Assembly (NCBI GenBank): GCA_040389905.1
Contig: JAZJZK010000012.1
Coordinates: forward strand, 126,929 to 190,928
Reading direction: 5' to 3'
Source: Gemmatimonadota bacterium
GTDB lineage: Bacteria > Gemmatimonadota > Gemmatimonadetes > Gemmatimonadales > Gemmatimonadaceae
Length of the DNA: 64,000 bases
Part shown: positions 28,179-38,317 of the stretch, one piece after another
Layout: each line of letters starts with the position of its first letter
How positions within the stretch are numbered: position 1 is the first letter of the stretch
Notes under the pieces: generated by a model
Database searches by the model: none
Told to the model about the DNA's origin: nothing
What the model saw: the letters and a program-made list of their open reading frames with translations, nothing else
Program-made: the position numbers and the translations under genes

Positions 28179-29590
28179 GCAACAGCTTCTTCGTCCGCCG
28201 TTTCGGGGTCGTCGAGAATGTCGGTGTCGTCGGACGGGCTGTCGAGAGGCGCTTCGTCGGGGAGGCGTGCGGCGGCTTCGCGGACGTCGAGCTTGCCCGT
28301 AACCACATCGGCGATCAAACGAGCTCGGTACTCGCGGAGTAGGCCCGTCTCGGTTTCGAGGCGAGACATTGTTGTGTTCAGCGCTTTTGTCTCCGTCTCA
28401 ATTCGGTCGATCAGGGTGGCCTGCTCAGCGAGCGGCGGTACCGCGACCGTGAATCGCTTCAGGCCCTCGCAGGTAATCGCGCCCTTCGTGCTGCCAGAAT
28501 CCTCGCTCATTGCCCGCAGTTCGCCGTAAGCGGCAGTAAGGCTCAGGTGAAGAAAATGCGGCAAAAGCAGGCTGGGGCGCGGCGTAACAAAGGCAATGTG
28601 CTGATTGATCGTTGCTTCCATGCCCAACAATGCCGAGGTTCCTCTTGTCTTACCTTGACCTGTAATGGCCACTAGCACGCTGCCTACTGGGACACGGGGA
28701 AGATGGCATTCGCGCAGTGCCTCCGCCGTTACAAACTGATCAGCGCTGTCGATAAACCCTCGATTTACTTGTGAGCTGTTCAGCCACGGGTACGTGCCGC
28801 CATTCCAATACGCAGGCCTCCCTCGCGATGGCGTTGAGCCATTTCCTATGCGCGCAGAGCGACCCAGTCGCCAAGTCTCCCAATTCGCTGGAATGTCTCC
28901 AAGCCAAGGGACGCCGGTCGGCTTGAGGATGAGGCTGGAATCGAGGCCTCGGGTAACCGCCCGGTGGATGATGGCCTGCTTCTGCTCACCCAGCAGGGCA
29001 ATCACCTTTCGCTTCGCGCGAATTGCTCCCTCCAACCGTCCGCTCGCCCAGTCCAAAAACTGCACGATCGCCGCCTGCTCTTCGACTGGGGGGATGGGAA
29101 TCGGAAGCATCCCGAATCGATCCGAATACAGGCGCAGGAACCCCGACTCTCCAGTACCCAGGCCGCGTGATTCAAGCCGAAAGACTGACATCATGCTTGT
29201 CGTCTTGAACAACGCAACCGCGTAGTGCGCGTTCAGCTTGGGAGAAGAGCGAAAGGTCGCGTAATCCGGGCTCACCAATCCGGATGACTTGGCCACAGCG
29301 AACAATCCGGCAGCTGCGCGCATGCGATTCATGACGATTTCGCCGGGCGACAGTCTCTTGTAACCGATCAACACAGCAGCGGGGATCAGCTTGCCTCCCA
29401 AAGCATGGTGATCGACGAGCCCCGCGCGCATGCGAAGCGAAAGCAGCGGTTCAGATCCTGTGCCGCTTCGGTGGTCTATCTCGTGCAGCATTGCCTTGAT
29501 GCGTCGGATGTCCCAATGCCGAGGTACTTGACCCAGCCACGGCACCCCGGAGTCCTTGTTTTGCGCATGCGACGCAAGGTCTGCAATCAC
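28175..29590 (-). CDS. hsdS: Type I restriction-modification specificity subunit S
   Basis: Two KDSGVPWLG.(V/I)P..W repeats, two PP..EQ..I spacers, two TRDs and a C-terminal IADVVTGKLDVR. GTGA overlap with the hsdM stop. Confidence 0.95.
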   Translation of the reverse strand: MIADLASHAQNKDSGVPWLGQVPRHWDIRRIKAMLHEIDHRSGTGSEPLLSLRMRAGLVDHHALGGKLIPAAVLIGYKRLSPGEIVMNRMRAAAGLFAVAKSSGLVSPDYATFRSSPKLNAHYAVALFKTTSMMSVFRLESRGLGTGESGFLRLYSDRFGMLPIPIPPVEEQAAIVQFLDWASGRLEGAIRAKRKVIALLGEQKQAIIHRAVTRGLDSSLILKPTGVPWLGDIPANWETWRLGRSARIGNGSTPSRGRPAYWNGGTYPWLNSSQVNRGFIDSADQFVTAEALRECHLPRVPVGSVLVAITGQGKTRGTSALLGMEATINQHIAFVTPRPSLLLPHFLHLSLTAAYGELRAMSEDSGSTKGAITCEGLKRFTVAVPPLAEQATLIDRIETETKALNTTMSRLETETGLLREYRARLIADVVTGKLDVREAAARLPDEAPLDSPSDDTDILDDPETADEEAVA

Positions 29591-31902
29591 GCGGTGGCTC
29601 CGACCCGAACTTTCAGTAGTCCTTCCAGCAAACCCTCCGCCTCCGCCTCGATCGCGAGGATATCCGCGCTGATCTCCTCCAGCGTTCGCAATGGCTGCGG
29701 CTTGTAGAAATGTCGTGTGAAGCTGATCTCGTATCCAATCCTCGTCGCGTCCCCCTTGATCCACGCGTCAGGCGTGTACGGCAATACTTCCCGCGTGATG
29801 AACGCTTCGATTCCACCGTCCTCGATCAACGGCACCTGCTCCGTATCGCGCAGATCGGAATCCGGCTCGTACTCCACGACGGCCGCTTTTCCATCGACGA
29901 CAGCCGCGAACAGACCGCGCAACGGATCAGCCTTGGTTTTTCCAGGCTTGTGCACCTTGGCAATCACCGGCGCCGCCGTCTCCACCCGCCAGGTCACTGC
30001 CTTGAGAATCACCTTGAGATCCGGGGCAGCTACCCTGCTCGGCGAACTCTCCAGAGCCGCATCCACACGCTCACGAAAGACGTTGTAATCCTCGTAGACC
30101 TCCTCACCCAACGACGCCCGCAGCAGCGAGGCTACCTCCACGAGACGAGCATCACGCTCCCACGTCCTCGGATCGAGCAGCTTCTTCCGCTTCTTCTCCG
30201 GAAGCCCCTTCTTGGCGCTCGCACCGTCCTCGTCGTCGTCGCCACTCTCTTCGTCTCGCCCCCATTCACCCAACCGCGCCTCCACCTGCGTCGCAACAGT
30301 GCCAAAGCCCGTAAAGAGCGCATCGCCGAGTTCATCGTAGAGAACAGAGCGGATGTCCTCGTCCCCAGACGCAAAGCGCAGCGACTCCACCGCCTTGCGT
30401 GTGAACTGGCTATGCAGCCGCAGCGGACGCTCCACCGTCACCTTCCAGTACCCGAACGCCGCATTGGGGAATATCTTCGACTCCGGCGTCTCCTTGAACT
30501 CCAGGAACGTACGGTTGATGCGCGCAATGTCCTCCGGCGAAAGCTCGCAGTTCTTCTTTCCGAGGTTCTTGCGTAGCGGCTTGAACCACTGCGTGGCGTC
30601 AATCAGTTGCACCTGCCCCTTGCGATGCGCCGGTTTCCGGTTGGATAGCACCCAGATGTACGTCGCAATGCCGGTGTTGTAGAACAGGTTGAGCGGCAGC
30701 GCGACGATCGCCTCCAGCCAGTCGTTCTCGATGAGCCACCGGCGGATGTTGCTCTCCCCTTGCCCCGCATCCCCGGTAAACAAAGATGACCCGTTGTGCA
30801 CCTCGGCAATCCGGCTGCCGAGCGCCGAGCGGTCGTTCATCTTCGACGCCATGTTGGCGAGGAAGAGCATCTGCCCATCGCTCGACCGCGTGACCAGCGA
30901 CAACTCCTCGCCGTTGTGCATGACGCGGAAGCGCTGGTCGCGCATGCCGTCCTTGCCGCCCATCGCTTCGAGGTCCTTCTTCCAGCTCTTCCCGTATGGC
31001 GGGTTGGCGAGCATGAAGTCGAACGACTGTGACGGAAAGGCGTCATGCGCCAGCGTCGACCACTCGGCGCCGCCCACGATGTGCTCCGCGCTCTCGCCCT
31101 CTCCCTTGAGGAGCATGTCCGCCTTGCAGACGGCGTACGTCTCCGGATTGATCTCCTGGCCGTACAGCAGGCTCTTCACCTGCTGCCCGCGCTTCGCGGC
31201 CATCGCCGTCAGCGTCTCCTCGGCAACGGTGAGCATGCCGCCCGTGCCGCAAGCGCAATCGTATAGAAGGTACGTGCCCGACTTGATCTCGCTCTCGATC
31301 GGAAGGAACACGAGATTCGCCATGAGCCGCACGGCGTCGCGCGGCGTCCAGTGCTCGCCCGCTTCCTCGTTGTTCTCCTCGTTGAACTTGCGCACCAGCT
31401 CCTCGAACACGGTGCCCATCGCGTGGTTGTCGATGCCCGCTGGCGTAAGGTCGATCTCCGGGTCGAGGAACTTCGCGATCAGCGTGCCGAGTGAGTCGGA
31501 GCGCGAGAGGGTGGTGAGCTGGTTCCGGAACTTGAAGTTCTCGAGGATATCCTGGACGTTCGGCGAGAATCCGTTGAGGTAGTCCTCGAAATCTGCGAGC
31601 AACTGCTGCTGGCTGCCGCGGGAGGTGAGGTCACGCAGGGTGAACTTTGAGGTGTTGTAGAACGCTTGGCCCGACGCGGCGCTGAGTGCCGCACGCTGCT
31701 CGGTGATACCGGCAGTGTCGAGCATGGCCTTTGTGTCGAGCACCTGACGCTTCGTCGGCTCCAGCACCGCATCCATGCGGCGGATCACACACATCGGGAG
31801 GATCACATCTGGATACTTCCCGCGCTTGAAGAGGTCTCGGAGGACGTCGTCGGCTATTCCCCAGATGAAGGAGACAATCTTGCTATGTGTCGCTTGGTCC
31901 AC
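29587..31902 (-). CDS. hsdM: Type I restriction-modification N6-adenine methyltransferase subunit M
   Basis: FIWGIADD, GEHWTPRD, YDCACGTGGML (motif I), ANPPYG (motif IV), LFYNTGIATY. Probable GTG start at 31902. Confidence 0.96.
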   Translation of the reverse strand: MDQATHSKIVSFIWGIADDVLRDLFKRGKYPDVILPMCVIRRMDAVLEPTKRQVLDTKAMLDTAGITEQRAALSAASGQAFYNTSKFTLRDLTSRGSQQQLLADFEDYLNGFSPNVQDILENFKFRNQLTTLSRSDSLGTLIAKFLDPEIDLTPAGIDNHAMGTVFEELVRKFNEENNEEAGEHWTPRDAVRLMANLVFLPIESEIKSGTYLLYDCACGTGGMLTVAEETLTAMAAKRGQQVKSLLYGQEINPETYAVCKADMLLKGEGESAEHIVGGAEWSTLAHDAFPSQSFDFMLANPPYGKSWKKDLEAMGGKDGMRDQRFRVMHNGEELSLVTRSSDGQMLFLANMASKMNDRSALGSRIAEVHNGSSLFTGDAGQGESNIRRWLIENDWLEAIVALPLNLFYNTGIATYIWVLSNRKPAHRKGQVQLIDATQWFKPLRKNLGKKNCELSPEDIARINRTFLEFKETPESKIFPNAAFGYWKVTVERPLRLHSQFTRKAVESLRFASGDEDIRSVLYDELGDALFTGFGTVATQVEARLGEWGRDEESGDDDEDGASAKKGLPEKKRKKLLDPRTWERDARLVEVASLLRASLGEEVYEDYNVFRERVDAALESSPSRVAAPDLKVILKAVTWRVETAAPVIAKVHKPGKTKADPLRGLFAAVVDGKAAVVEYEPDSDLRDTEQVPLIEDGGIEAFITREVLPYTPDAWIKGDATRIGYEISFTRHFYKPQPLRTLEEISADILAIEAEAEGLLEGLLKVRVGATA

Positions 31903-32147
31903 GCGGAGCTGGGCTGGATGGCTGGTACGGCAAGCACTTCCGATGGTAGAAGTTACAGAGAGGTGTCGGCGCTGAACACTCGCTGAACGCGATCTGGCAT
32001 CGCAGCCCGACACTGACGTGCGCAACGACGGGAGCACCCGGTCTCGGCCCCACGAGCGCTGTCAGAGCCATGGTCTAGGCAGCTTGCTGAATGCATGCAT
32101 ATCCGCAATGTTGCGTGCAGAGACATGGACTCCCACTGGAGAGAACG

Positions 32148-32906
32148 ATGGGCACCAAGACCGGCATCGAGTGGACCGACGCAACCTGGAACCCGATGAC
32201 GGGCTGCACGAAAATCTCTACCGGCTGTGATCACTGCTACGCGCACACGCTCTCGCAGACGAAGACTCGCGAGGTATACCTGAAACATGCGCCGGTAAGG
32301 AACACGCCGGAAAACATTTCAGATCCCTTCGCTCCGCGATTTTGGGAAGAGCGGCTCGATCAGCCGCTTCGTTGGCGCCAACCGAAGCGTGTCTTCGTCA
32401 ACTCTATGTCCGATGTGTTTCATGCACACTTCTCGCTCGCGCAGATTCAACGTGTATTTGAAGTGATGGTCGAGGCGCCGCAGCATCAATTTCAGGTACT
32501 TACCAAGCGGCCAGAACGGGCGTTACGCTTCGCGGACGATCTTCCGTGGGCCTCGAATATCTGGATTGGCACGTCGATCGAGGACATGAAGGTCGCCAAA
32601 CGTGCCGACTTTCTCCGCGGCATCAAGGCCGCTGCGGTTCGGTTCATCTCCGCTGAGCCACTCCTGGGTTCCCTTGATCAGCTTGACCTCACGGACATCG
32701 AGTGGGTAATCGGCGGTGGCGAAAGTGGCTCTGGCCACCGAAGGGTCGATGCTGCGTGGGCAATCGGCCTACGCGATAATTGCGAGCGCAGCGGTGCTGC
32801 ATTCTTCTGGAAACAATGGGGTGGACATACGCCGAAGGCAGGCGGGCGGCTCCTCGAAGGAAGAACACACGACGCGTATCCGGTAGATCTAGTTGCTGCT
32901 GGGTAG
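32148..32906 (+). CDS. DUF5131 / phage Gp37-Gp68 family three-Cys-motif (radical-SAM-like) protein
   Basis: IEWTDATWNPMTGCTKISTGCDHCYA, FVNSMSDVFH, LTKRPER, SAEPLL, WVIGGGESG, FFWKQWGG. Confidence 0.93.
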   Translation: MGTKTGIEWTDATWNPMTGCTKISTGCDHCYAHTLSQTKTREVYLKHAPVRNTPENISDPFAPRFWEERLDQPLRWRQPKRVFVNSMSDVFHAHFSLAQIQRVFEVMVEAPQHQFQVLTKRPERALRFADDLPWASNIWIGTSIEDMKVAKRADFLRGIKAAAVRFISAEPLLGSLDQLDLTDIEWVIGGGESGSGHRRVDAAWAIGLRDNCERSGAAFFWKQWGGHTPKAGGRLLEGRTHDAYPVDLVAAG

Positions 32907-34079
32907 GACCTGGGGGTTGCTCGTAGCGTCGGAGAGCGTGAGCATAGTGCCCTCGGATAGGTTAGAGGCAACGAGCGAACTGAGCGCACCGCACTTCACC
33001 AGTCGGCGAACCGCTGCCTTATGGTGCATCTCCCGGAAGTCGGGCCCGAAGAGCGCAGCCAGCTCGGCGCGCAGGTCAATGAACTTCATCGACCGGCCCT
33101 CCGAGACCAGGGTGCTGACGATCGCCCGGTCCAATGCGTCCAACGGATAGCGCGGTTCCCGAGGTGGTTCGGCGATGTGATCGAAGATCGATACCTGCCC
33201 GCGTTTGCGATCCTTCGCCTTCACTGTGTCCTCGTACAGTGAGTCTTCTGTCGTAGACACCGCATCGTTCAGGAATGCCGCCCCGTGCGAGCTATCGGTT
33301 CCGTGAATCAAGAAATACTTCGGTGCGGCGGGGTACTGCGGTCGAATAGGTATCACCTGGACATACTTGAATCGAGCCCAGAAAAGGTTGAGATAGGAGG
33401 CAAGCAATTGCATCTGATCCGGTGGCTCTGCCGGATCCTCTTCCATCGCGTCGATGAGCTGCTGCGTGTCCACATTGAGACGCTCGAGCAATCGCTGAAA
33501 GCTCTTCGCCGTCTTCTCCTGCGTGGCGGACCGGTCGCGTTTGCGGAGCCACCCTGTGAAGCGCGCCATGAGCCCCGGATCGATCCGCGCAAGTACTTCC
33601 GTCGACGTTCCCTTCCGTCCGGCGAGAATTGGGGAAACGTGCTCAACCACCATGTCCTTCAGGCCGTACGGATCGATAAAGAAGAGCGTTGGTTTCCCGC
33701 GTACGGCCGCCAGTATCGCGGGCATCGCCTCGAAGTATTGCTGTTCGTAGACCACCGCACAGGGAGGCCGCAGTGCGAGGTAGGGTTTCAGCGCGATTCG
33801 AAGCTTTGCCGCAGTCTCGGGCACGGCCTCGCATGCATAGACGACGAGTCGGCCGCGATCATTGGCCGAGAGAAACTCGTCGTTCCACTGGGCCGCGAGG
33901 AGTGGAGAGCCCACAGCGCCGTCATCATATCGGCCCTCCCCGGCGCATGTATCCACAAAGGCGAGCTCACGGTACCCGTGAGACAACTTGTAGACCCAGA
34001 TGCGCACGTATTTTTCGAGGATCTGATGCTTGTATTTACTCCATTCCTTCCGGCGCTCGAAAAAAGGATCGGGGCTCAC
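32889..34079 (-). CDS. tcmP: Three-Cys-motif partner protein (SAM-methyltransferase-like fold plus C-terminal wHTH)
   Basis: WSKYKHQILEKY, FVDTCAGEGRY, GSP, LFFIDPYG. Converges on and overlaps the DUF5131 gene. Confidence 0.88.
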   Translation of the reverse strand: MSPDPFFERRKEWSKYKHQILEKYVRIWVYKLSHGYRELAFVDTCAGEGRYDDGAVGSPLLAAQWNDEFLSANDRGRLVVYACEAVPETAAKLRIALKPYLALRPPCAVVYEQQYFEAMPAILAAVRGKPTLFFIDPYGLKDMVVEHVSPILAGRKGTSTEVLARIDPGLMARFTGWLRKRDRSATQEKTAKSFQRLLERLNVDTQQLIDAMEEDPAEPPDQMQLLASYLNLFWARFKYVQVIPIRPQYPAAPKYFLIHGTDSSHGAAFLNDAVSTTEDSLYEDTVKAKDRKRGQVSIFDHIAEPPREPRYPLDALDRAIVSTLVSEGRSMKFIDLRAELAALFGPDFREMHHKAAVRRLVKCGALSSLVASNLSEGTMLTLSDATSNPQVLPSSN

Positions 34080-34332
34080 ACTGCCCCCTGGATGATCAGT
34101 TGTGTCGCCATTGGGGGCTCCTATCGCACGGTGTGACGACGTGGGGCATATGCTTCACAGTTCGACGCCCGGCCCGACGGTAATGGCCTTCGCTCACGAC
34201 TGCCGTCACATCATGGGGAATCTGCTCGGCGGCTCGAGGAGTCGCCACGCGCCTACGGCCCAGAGAGTGTGTGCAGCCGCAAACCGCTTGTCCACTGCAT
34301 CCACCTCTGAAGACAGACGCCAGCGCAGTCGT

Positions 34333-35979
34333 TTAAGCGCCCGTGAAGAGGTGGCCGACTAACCACGCAAGCGCTCGCCACACCCCATATCCGAGCCACC
34401 CCATCGCGAGAAGTACAAGCATGGCGACCGGCAAGGTTATGAGTAGCAGATTGACAGTGTACCTCCACGCGGAGCTGTGGACGGGCAGGCGACCAATCGG
34501 TAAGACACGTGCGGCAGCAGCAATCAGCTGCTGGGCGACGATCCTCTGGTTGGCGTTAGCCTTTTGGATGATATCGTGGGCGCGCGTCCACTCGGGAGCG
34601 AGTCCTTCTGCGTACCACTCGGCCGGAGGCAATCCGTTGCATACCACATCTGGCATAGCTTGCTTCACCATCAGGTCCGCGACGAAGTATCCCTGCGCGA
34701 TCAGCAGCTCGAAGACGTCGGCCTCCAAGGCATCGAGGTCGGTGCGGACACGCGACAGTTCCGAAACCAAGGAGGGCTCAAGGCCTCGATAGCGCGGGGG
34801 CACGTCGATCCCGCCGTCCTCGGGCGCGGCGAACATGTTCCGCGCCAGGTCAGCGCGATGAAGAAGCACCTGTGCACAGGCAGTGAACTGCACGCCGCGT
34901 GCGGGCGACCCAATTGCCGTCAGCGCCTCCGCTTCCGCCGCCGCGGCTGTCAGTGCTTCGCGCACATCTCCTGGCACACCGCTCGCCGCAGTTTTCCGGA
35001 GAGATCTCCCGAGCAATCGCAGACGTGTGGCCGCCTCAGTTGGATGCACGCCATGCGTCATTTCGTGCGCGAGTTGCCGCGTAGTGGCGCCAAGACGGTC
35101 ATGCACCACTTCGACAATTCGCAGAAGGCGTGCTGGGCCAAAGCCATCTGCATACTCACGCTCTGGAGGCGCTGCCCCAGAAATGACCACATGCGTGATC
35201 TTGTGACCGCGAAGTGCATTAACCCCTTCATTGTCGTAGAGACCTCCATCTACCAGTTGAAAGCGTACGGAGCCCGAGGGCGCGCCATATCGCTCGCGCC
35301 ATCGGCTGACTGTACCTGGTCGCTCAACTGGCGGGCGCTCCCACCGTCCCTCGCTAAGCAGGTCGCCCCGCATTCGCTCCCACCGTGTATCGAAAGCGTA
35401 GGAATCCGTCAGTCCCGGATAGGCGGCCGATGCGGCGACTGCATCGGCGACTCGGATTCCTCTAGTGCGGTCGGTCGCGCCAGCGAGGTAGTCACCGGCG
35501 CGATCCGCCATGAATCGCCAACCTTTCCCAGTGCGGAGGTTCGTAGCATTGATCGCGATCCACAAGGGCAGCTGGTCAAGCGTAGCTCCTTTGAACATCC
35601 GACGGTCGAGTTCCTCAGCTATCAATCCGGTCCGGGACGCTCGCGACGAAACCATTGATCGCAAGGTTCGCAGGGCTCGTCTTGGCGTTCCTAGGAGCGC
35701 GCGCGACCGCAGGTTGTCGAGCAGAAGCGACTCGATCTCGACGATAAGCTCATCGACCGCGTAGCTTCCCGGCGCACCGCCAGATTGTGCGCAGCGCAAT
35801 GCGTAGAGTGCACCCGTTATGGAACCACCTGATACCGTCGACAACGCCTCGATGCGCGCAAGCACGCCGAGTTCCTCGAGGCGCTTGAGCACGCCGAGAT
35901 GGTATGCGGCAGCGCGAAACCCGCCGCCCGACAGTGCGAGCCCGAGATGCACCCGCGCGGCCGGCGCGCTTAGAGCCAT
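34333..35979 (-). CDS. Patatin-like phospholipase with C-terminal TM helix
   Basis: LALSGGGFRA, STVSGGS (catalytic Ser), AVAASAAYP, LVDGGLYDN, hydrophobic C-terminus. Confidence 0.9.
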   Translation of the reverse strand: MALSAPAARVHLGLALSGGGFRAAAYHLGVLKRLEELGVLARIEALSTVSGGSITGALYALRCAQSGGAPGSYAVDELIVEIESLLLDNLRSRALLGTPRRALRTLRSMVSSRASRTGLIAEELDRRMFKGATLDQLPLWIAINATNLRTGKGWRFMADRAGDYLAGATDRTRGIRVADAVAASAAYPGLTDSYAFDTRWERMRGDLLSEGRWERPPVERPGTVSRWRERYGAPSGSVRFQLVDGGLYDNEGVNALRGHKITHVVISGAAPPEREYADGFGPARLLRIVEVVHDRLGATTRQLAHEMTHGVHPTEAATRLRLLGRSLRKTAASGVPGDVREALTAAAAEAEALTAIGSPARGVQFTACAQVLLHRADLARNMFAAPEDGGIDVPPRYRGLEPSLVSELSRVRTDLDALEADVFELLIAQGYFVADLMVKQAMPDVVCNGLPPAEWYAEGLAPEWTRAHDIIQKANANQRIVAQQLIAAAARVLPIGRLPVHSSAWRYTVNLLLITLPVAMLVLLAMGWLGYGVWRALAWLVGHLFTGA

Positions 35980-36007
35980 CCCTGACGCTCCGAACTCACT
36001 CCAGTGC

Positions 36008-38317
36008 TCACCCCAGGTCAATAATTGCACCGTCCGGCCGCAAGATGGTCGGCTGTCGTCCGACCGGCATGCTCGCGACGAACGTCGAGATGCCACTGTC
36101 ACCGACGATCATCATTACGGCTGGCAAATCATCTGCATCAAGCGCCTCCGTGATCCAGACGAACACCTTCATATCGTCCGCCGAGGGAAGCGGCGCACAG
36201 CCCTCCGGGTGCGAGTGCCACTCACCGATATAGTGGAGCTGCCCTGCCGTTGCCTCGCGCACACGCTCCACCTCCGCGATCAATCCCGCAGCTCCACGAA
36301 TGTAAAGCGTGGGCCACTCCTGGCTATCGGGCGGCGAGGGGATTGTGTCCACCACATAGACAACTCGACGGGCTACGTCGACGGCACCCAGGAGTACACC
36401 GCCGGTCTCGCTCGGCAGCTTCGCTATGCGTAGTTCGCGAAGGCGCGCGAGCAGGCCCTCGTCCGTCACGATGCGCCAGTCTCCGACGGAGACGTCAAAT
36501 ACCGGATGCACCGCCACCTCGACAGACTGGACCCCAAGCGAGGACTCATTGAGTCGCCACACCCGGATCACGGCGCCAGTCTCGTCGACCACGCGTTCCA
36601 AAGCCTGTGCCCCGAGTGCCGCGAGAGCGGTGACGCGTGCATGGGGTAGCTGACTGCTCACGTCGCGGCAGGATCTACCGTAGCGCTGACGATTGACCGC
36701 CCCCCGTAACGTGCCGGCAAGCGCGGGCTCATGGCTGATCGCACGGTAGTACTGCATCTCAAGCGCATCCAGGCGTACAGCTCGATTGGTTGACTCCGCG
36801 AGAAGCACGAGGTCCGTGCCCATGGGATTGAGGAAGAGCGAGATCCGGCGCGGAGGCGCGGTCACGTCACGCGCGAGCGCACGGGCCACGGCAACCGACG
36901 CAGACATGTCGACAATAGAAACGGCGTTTGCGTACGCTTGCTCCAACGTCGCACGCTGTTCACCAGGTGCAAGCATATTGGTGACGATTGAACGGTGCAG
37001 GTCGCCGTCCGCTGCGGCGTCGCGCATTACACCTGAAGCAACGCCAATTGCCTTGGCGAACCCCACCGCACTATTGCCGAGCGCGTGACGCGCGACGTTG
37101 TGCGGCAGGAATACATCGCCGTCCACCACAGTCCAACGACCGAATGCGGTGCGCGCCACAAACCCGAGCACTTGCGATCCGAGAGCGCCGGCCCCGATGG
37201 CGACGAAAGGTCTGTCGTCAACGTCGCGCCGTCCGTTGAACCGCGCTCCGTCTTCCCGGCGATGTTGGAAATATGCATAGAGAGGCAAGACGCTGATGGA
37301 CGAGCCCCCATCGCCACCTCCGGGTCCGAGGATAGTTCCCAGTCCATGTGGGGTCGCCTCCCACAAGCCCAGTGACTTCCCTACATCCGCAATGGATTCG
37401 ACTGTGAGGAATGCCCATGGCTGCTCGATTTCTGGCTCCACACTGTCATCACGCCGCAACGGCACCATGACCACAATTGCGACTTGTGCGTCGAGGCCGA
37501 TGCCCTCCTGCTTCCATTCTCGTAGCACAGCGGCCAACTGAGCGCGCAGGTCATCTTCCGGGGTCAAGAGTTCATGCAGGTTCGCAAGCGTCCCGGGCGC
37601 CCGGCGAATAGCGCCGTGCGTACGCGGGGTCGTTCGAACACACGCGACCACGAATCGACGCTCGCCCTGCTGAACCTGGTCTGGTGGCACCGCGACGAGC
37701 ACCTGGAGGCCACCGATCTGGCCGCGCCGCTCCAGACCTAGCGCCGCATTCTCTTTCCGCAGGATGTTCGGCAGGATGATCCACCCAGCGCCGCCCAGCA
37801 TCAGCGGCTCGAGCGGCTGATCCGCCGCGTGGAGTTCGCCGCGTGAAGTCAACCGAAGCCACTCGCGCACCAGCGTAACGAACCGGCCCGGCGTCCAGGC
37901 GGCGCGGAGTTCGTCGAACGCCACGTCGAAAAGGCAGAGGCTGCGCGGGTACTCGTACTCTCGAAGGTTTACATGCGAAACGTCGCGCGGAAAGTCTTCG
38001 CGCAGGGCAAACGTTTCGGGCGGAGGCAGTTCACCTTCGTCCGCCTGCGGCGCCACAAACCACGCGCCAATTCGCTCCACAAGCCGGATGTCGTGTGCCG
38101 TGCGTTGCGGTGTCTCCACTTCGACCTCCATGATCACGAGATCGCCCGCAGAGCCGCGCCGACAATCGATCAGGCGGGCGAACGGTATCCCCGCGATGAG
38201 ACGCCGCGCTAAGGTGCGCGCGTCTTCGCGTCGGAGGCCATCGGGTTCGCATACGAAAGGCGCGAGCCCGAGCAGATCGAGTCGCGCAACTGCCGACGGC
38301 GCGATGGGGACGGTCAC
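36008..38317 (-). CDS. Prokaryotic E2 - E1 (ThiF) - JAB trimodular ubiquitin-like conjugation/deconjugation protein
   Basis: E2: FPRDVSHVN...RSLCLF. E1: IGAGALGS, VDGD...HNVARH, GRSCRD. JAB: ETGGVLLG...YIGEWHSHP...PSADD. Confidence 0.93.
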   Translation of the reverse strand: MTVPIAPSAVARLDLLGLAPFVCEPDGLRREDARTLARRLIAGIPFARLIDCRRGSAGDLVIMEVEVETPQRTAHDIRLVERIGAWFVAPQADEGELPPPETFALREDFPRDVSHVNLREYEYPRSLCLFDVAFDELRAAWTPGRFVTLVREWLRLTSRGELHAADQPLEPLMLGGAGWIILPNILRKENAALGLERRGQIGGLQVLVAVPPDQVQQGERRFVVACVRTTPRTHGAIRRAPGTLANLHELLTPEDDLRAQLAAVLREWKQEGIGLDAQVAIVVMVPLRRDDSVEPEIEQPWAFLTVESIADVGKSLGLWEATPHGLGTILGPGGGDGGSSISVLPLYAYFQHRREDGARFNGRRDVDDRPFVAIGAGALGSQVLGFVARTAFGRWTVVDGDVFLPHNVARHALGNSAVGFAKAIGVASGVMRDAAADGDLHRSIVTNMLAPGEQRATLEQAYANAVSIVDMSASVAVARALARDVTAPPRRISLFLNPMGTDLVLLAESTNRAVRLDALEMQYYRAISHEPALAGTLRGAVNRQRYGRSCRDVSSQLPHARVTALAALGAQALERVVDETGAVIRVWRLNESSLGVQSVEVAVHPVFDVSVGDWRIVTDEGLLARLRELRIAKLPSETGGVLLGAVDVARRVVYVVDTIPSPPDSQEWPTLYIRGAAGLIAEVERVREATAGQLHYIGEWHSHPEGCAPLPSADDMKVFVWITEALDADDLPAVMMIVGDSGISTFVASMPVGRQPTILRPDGAIIDLG

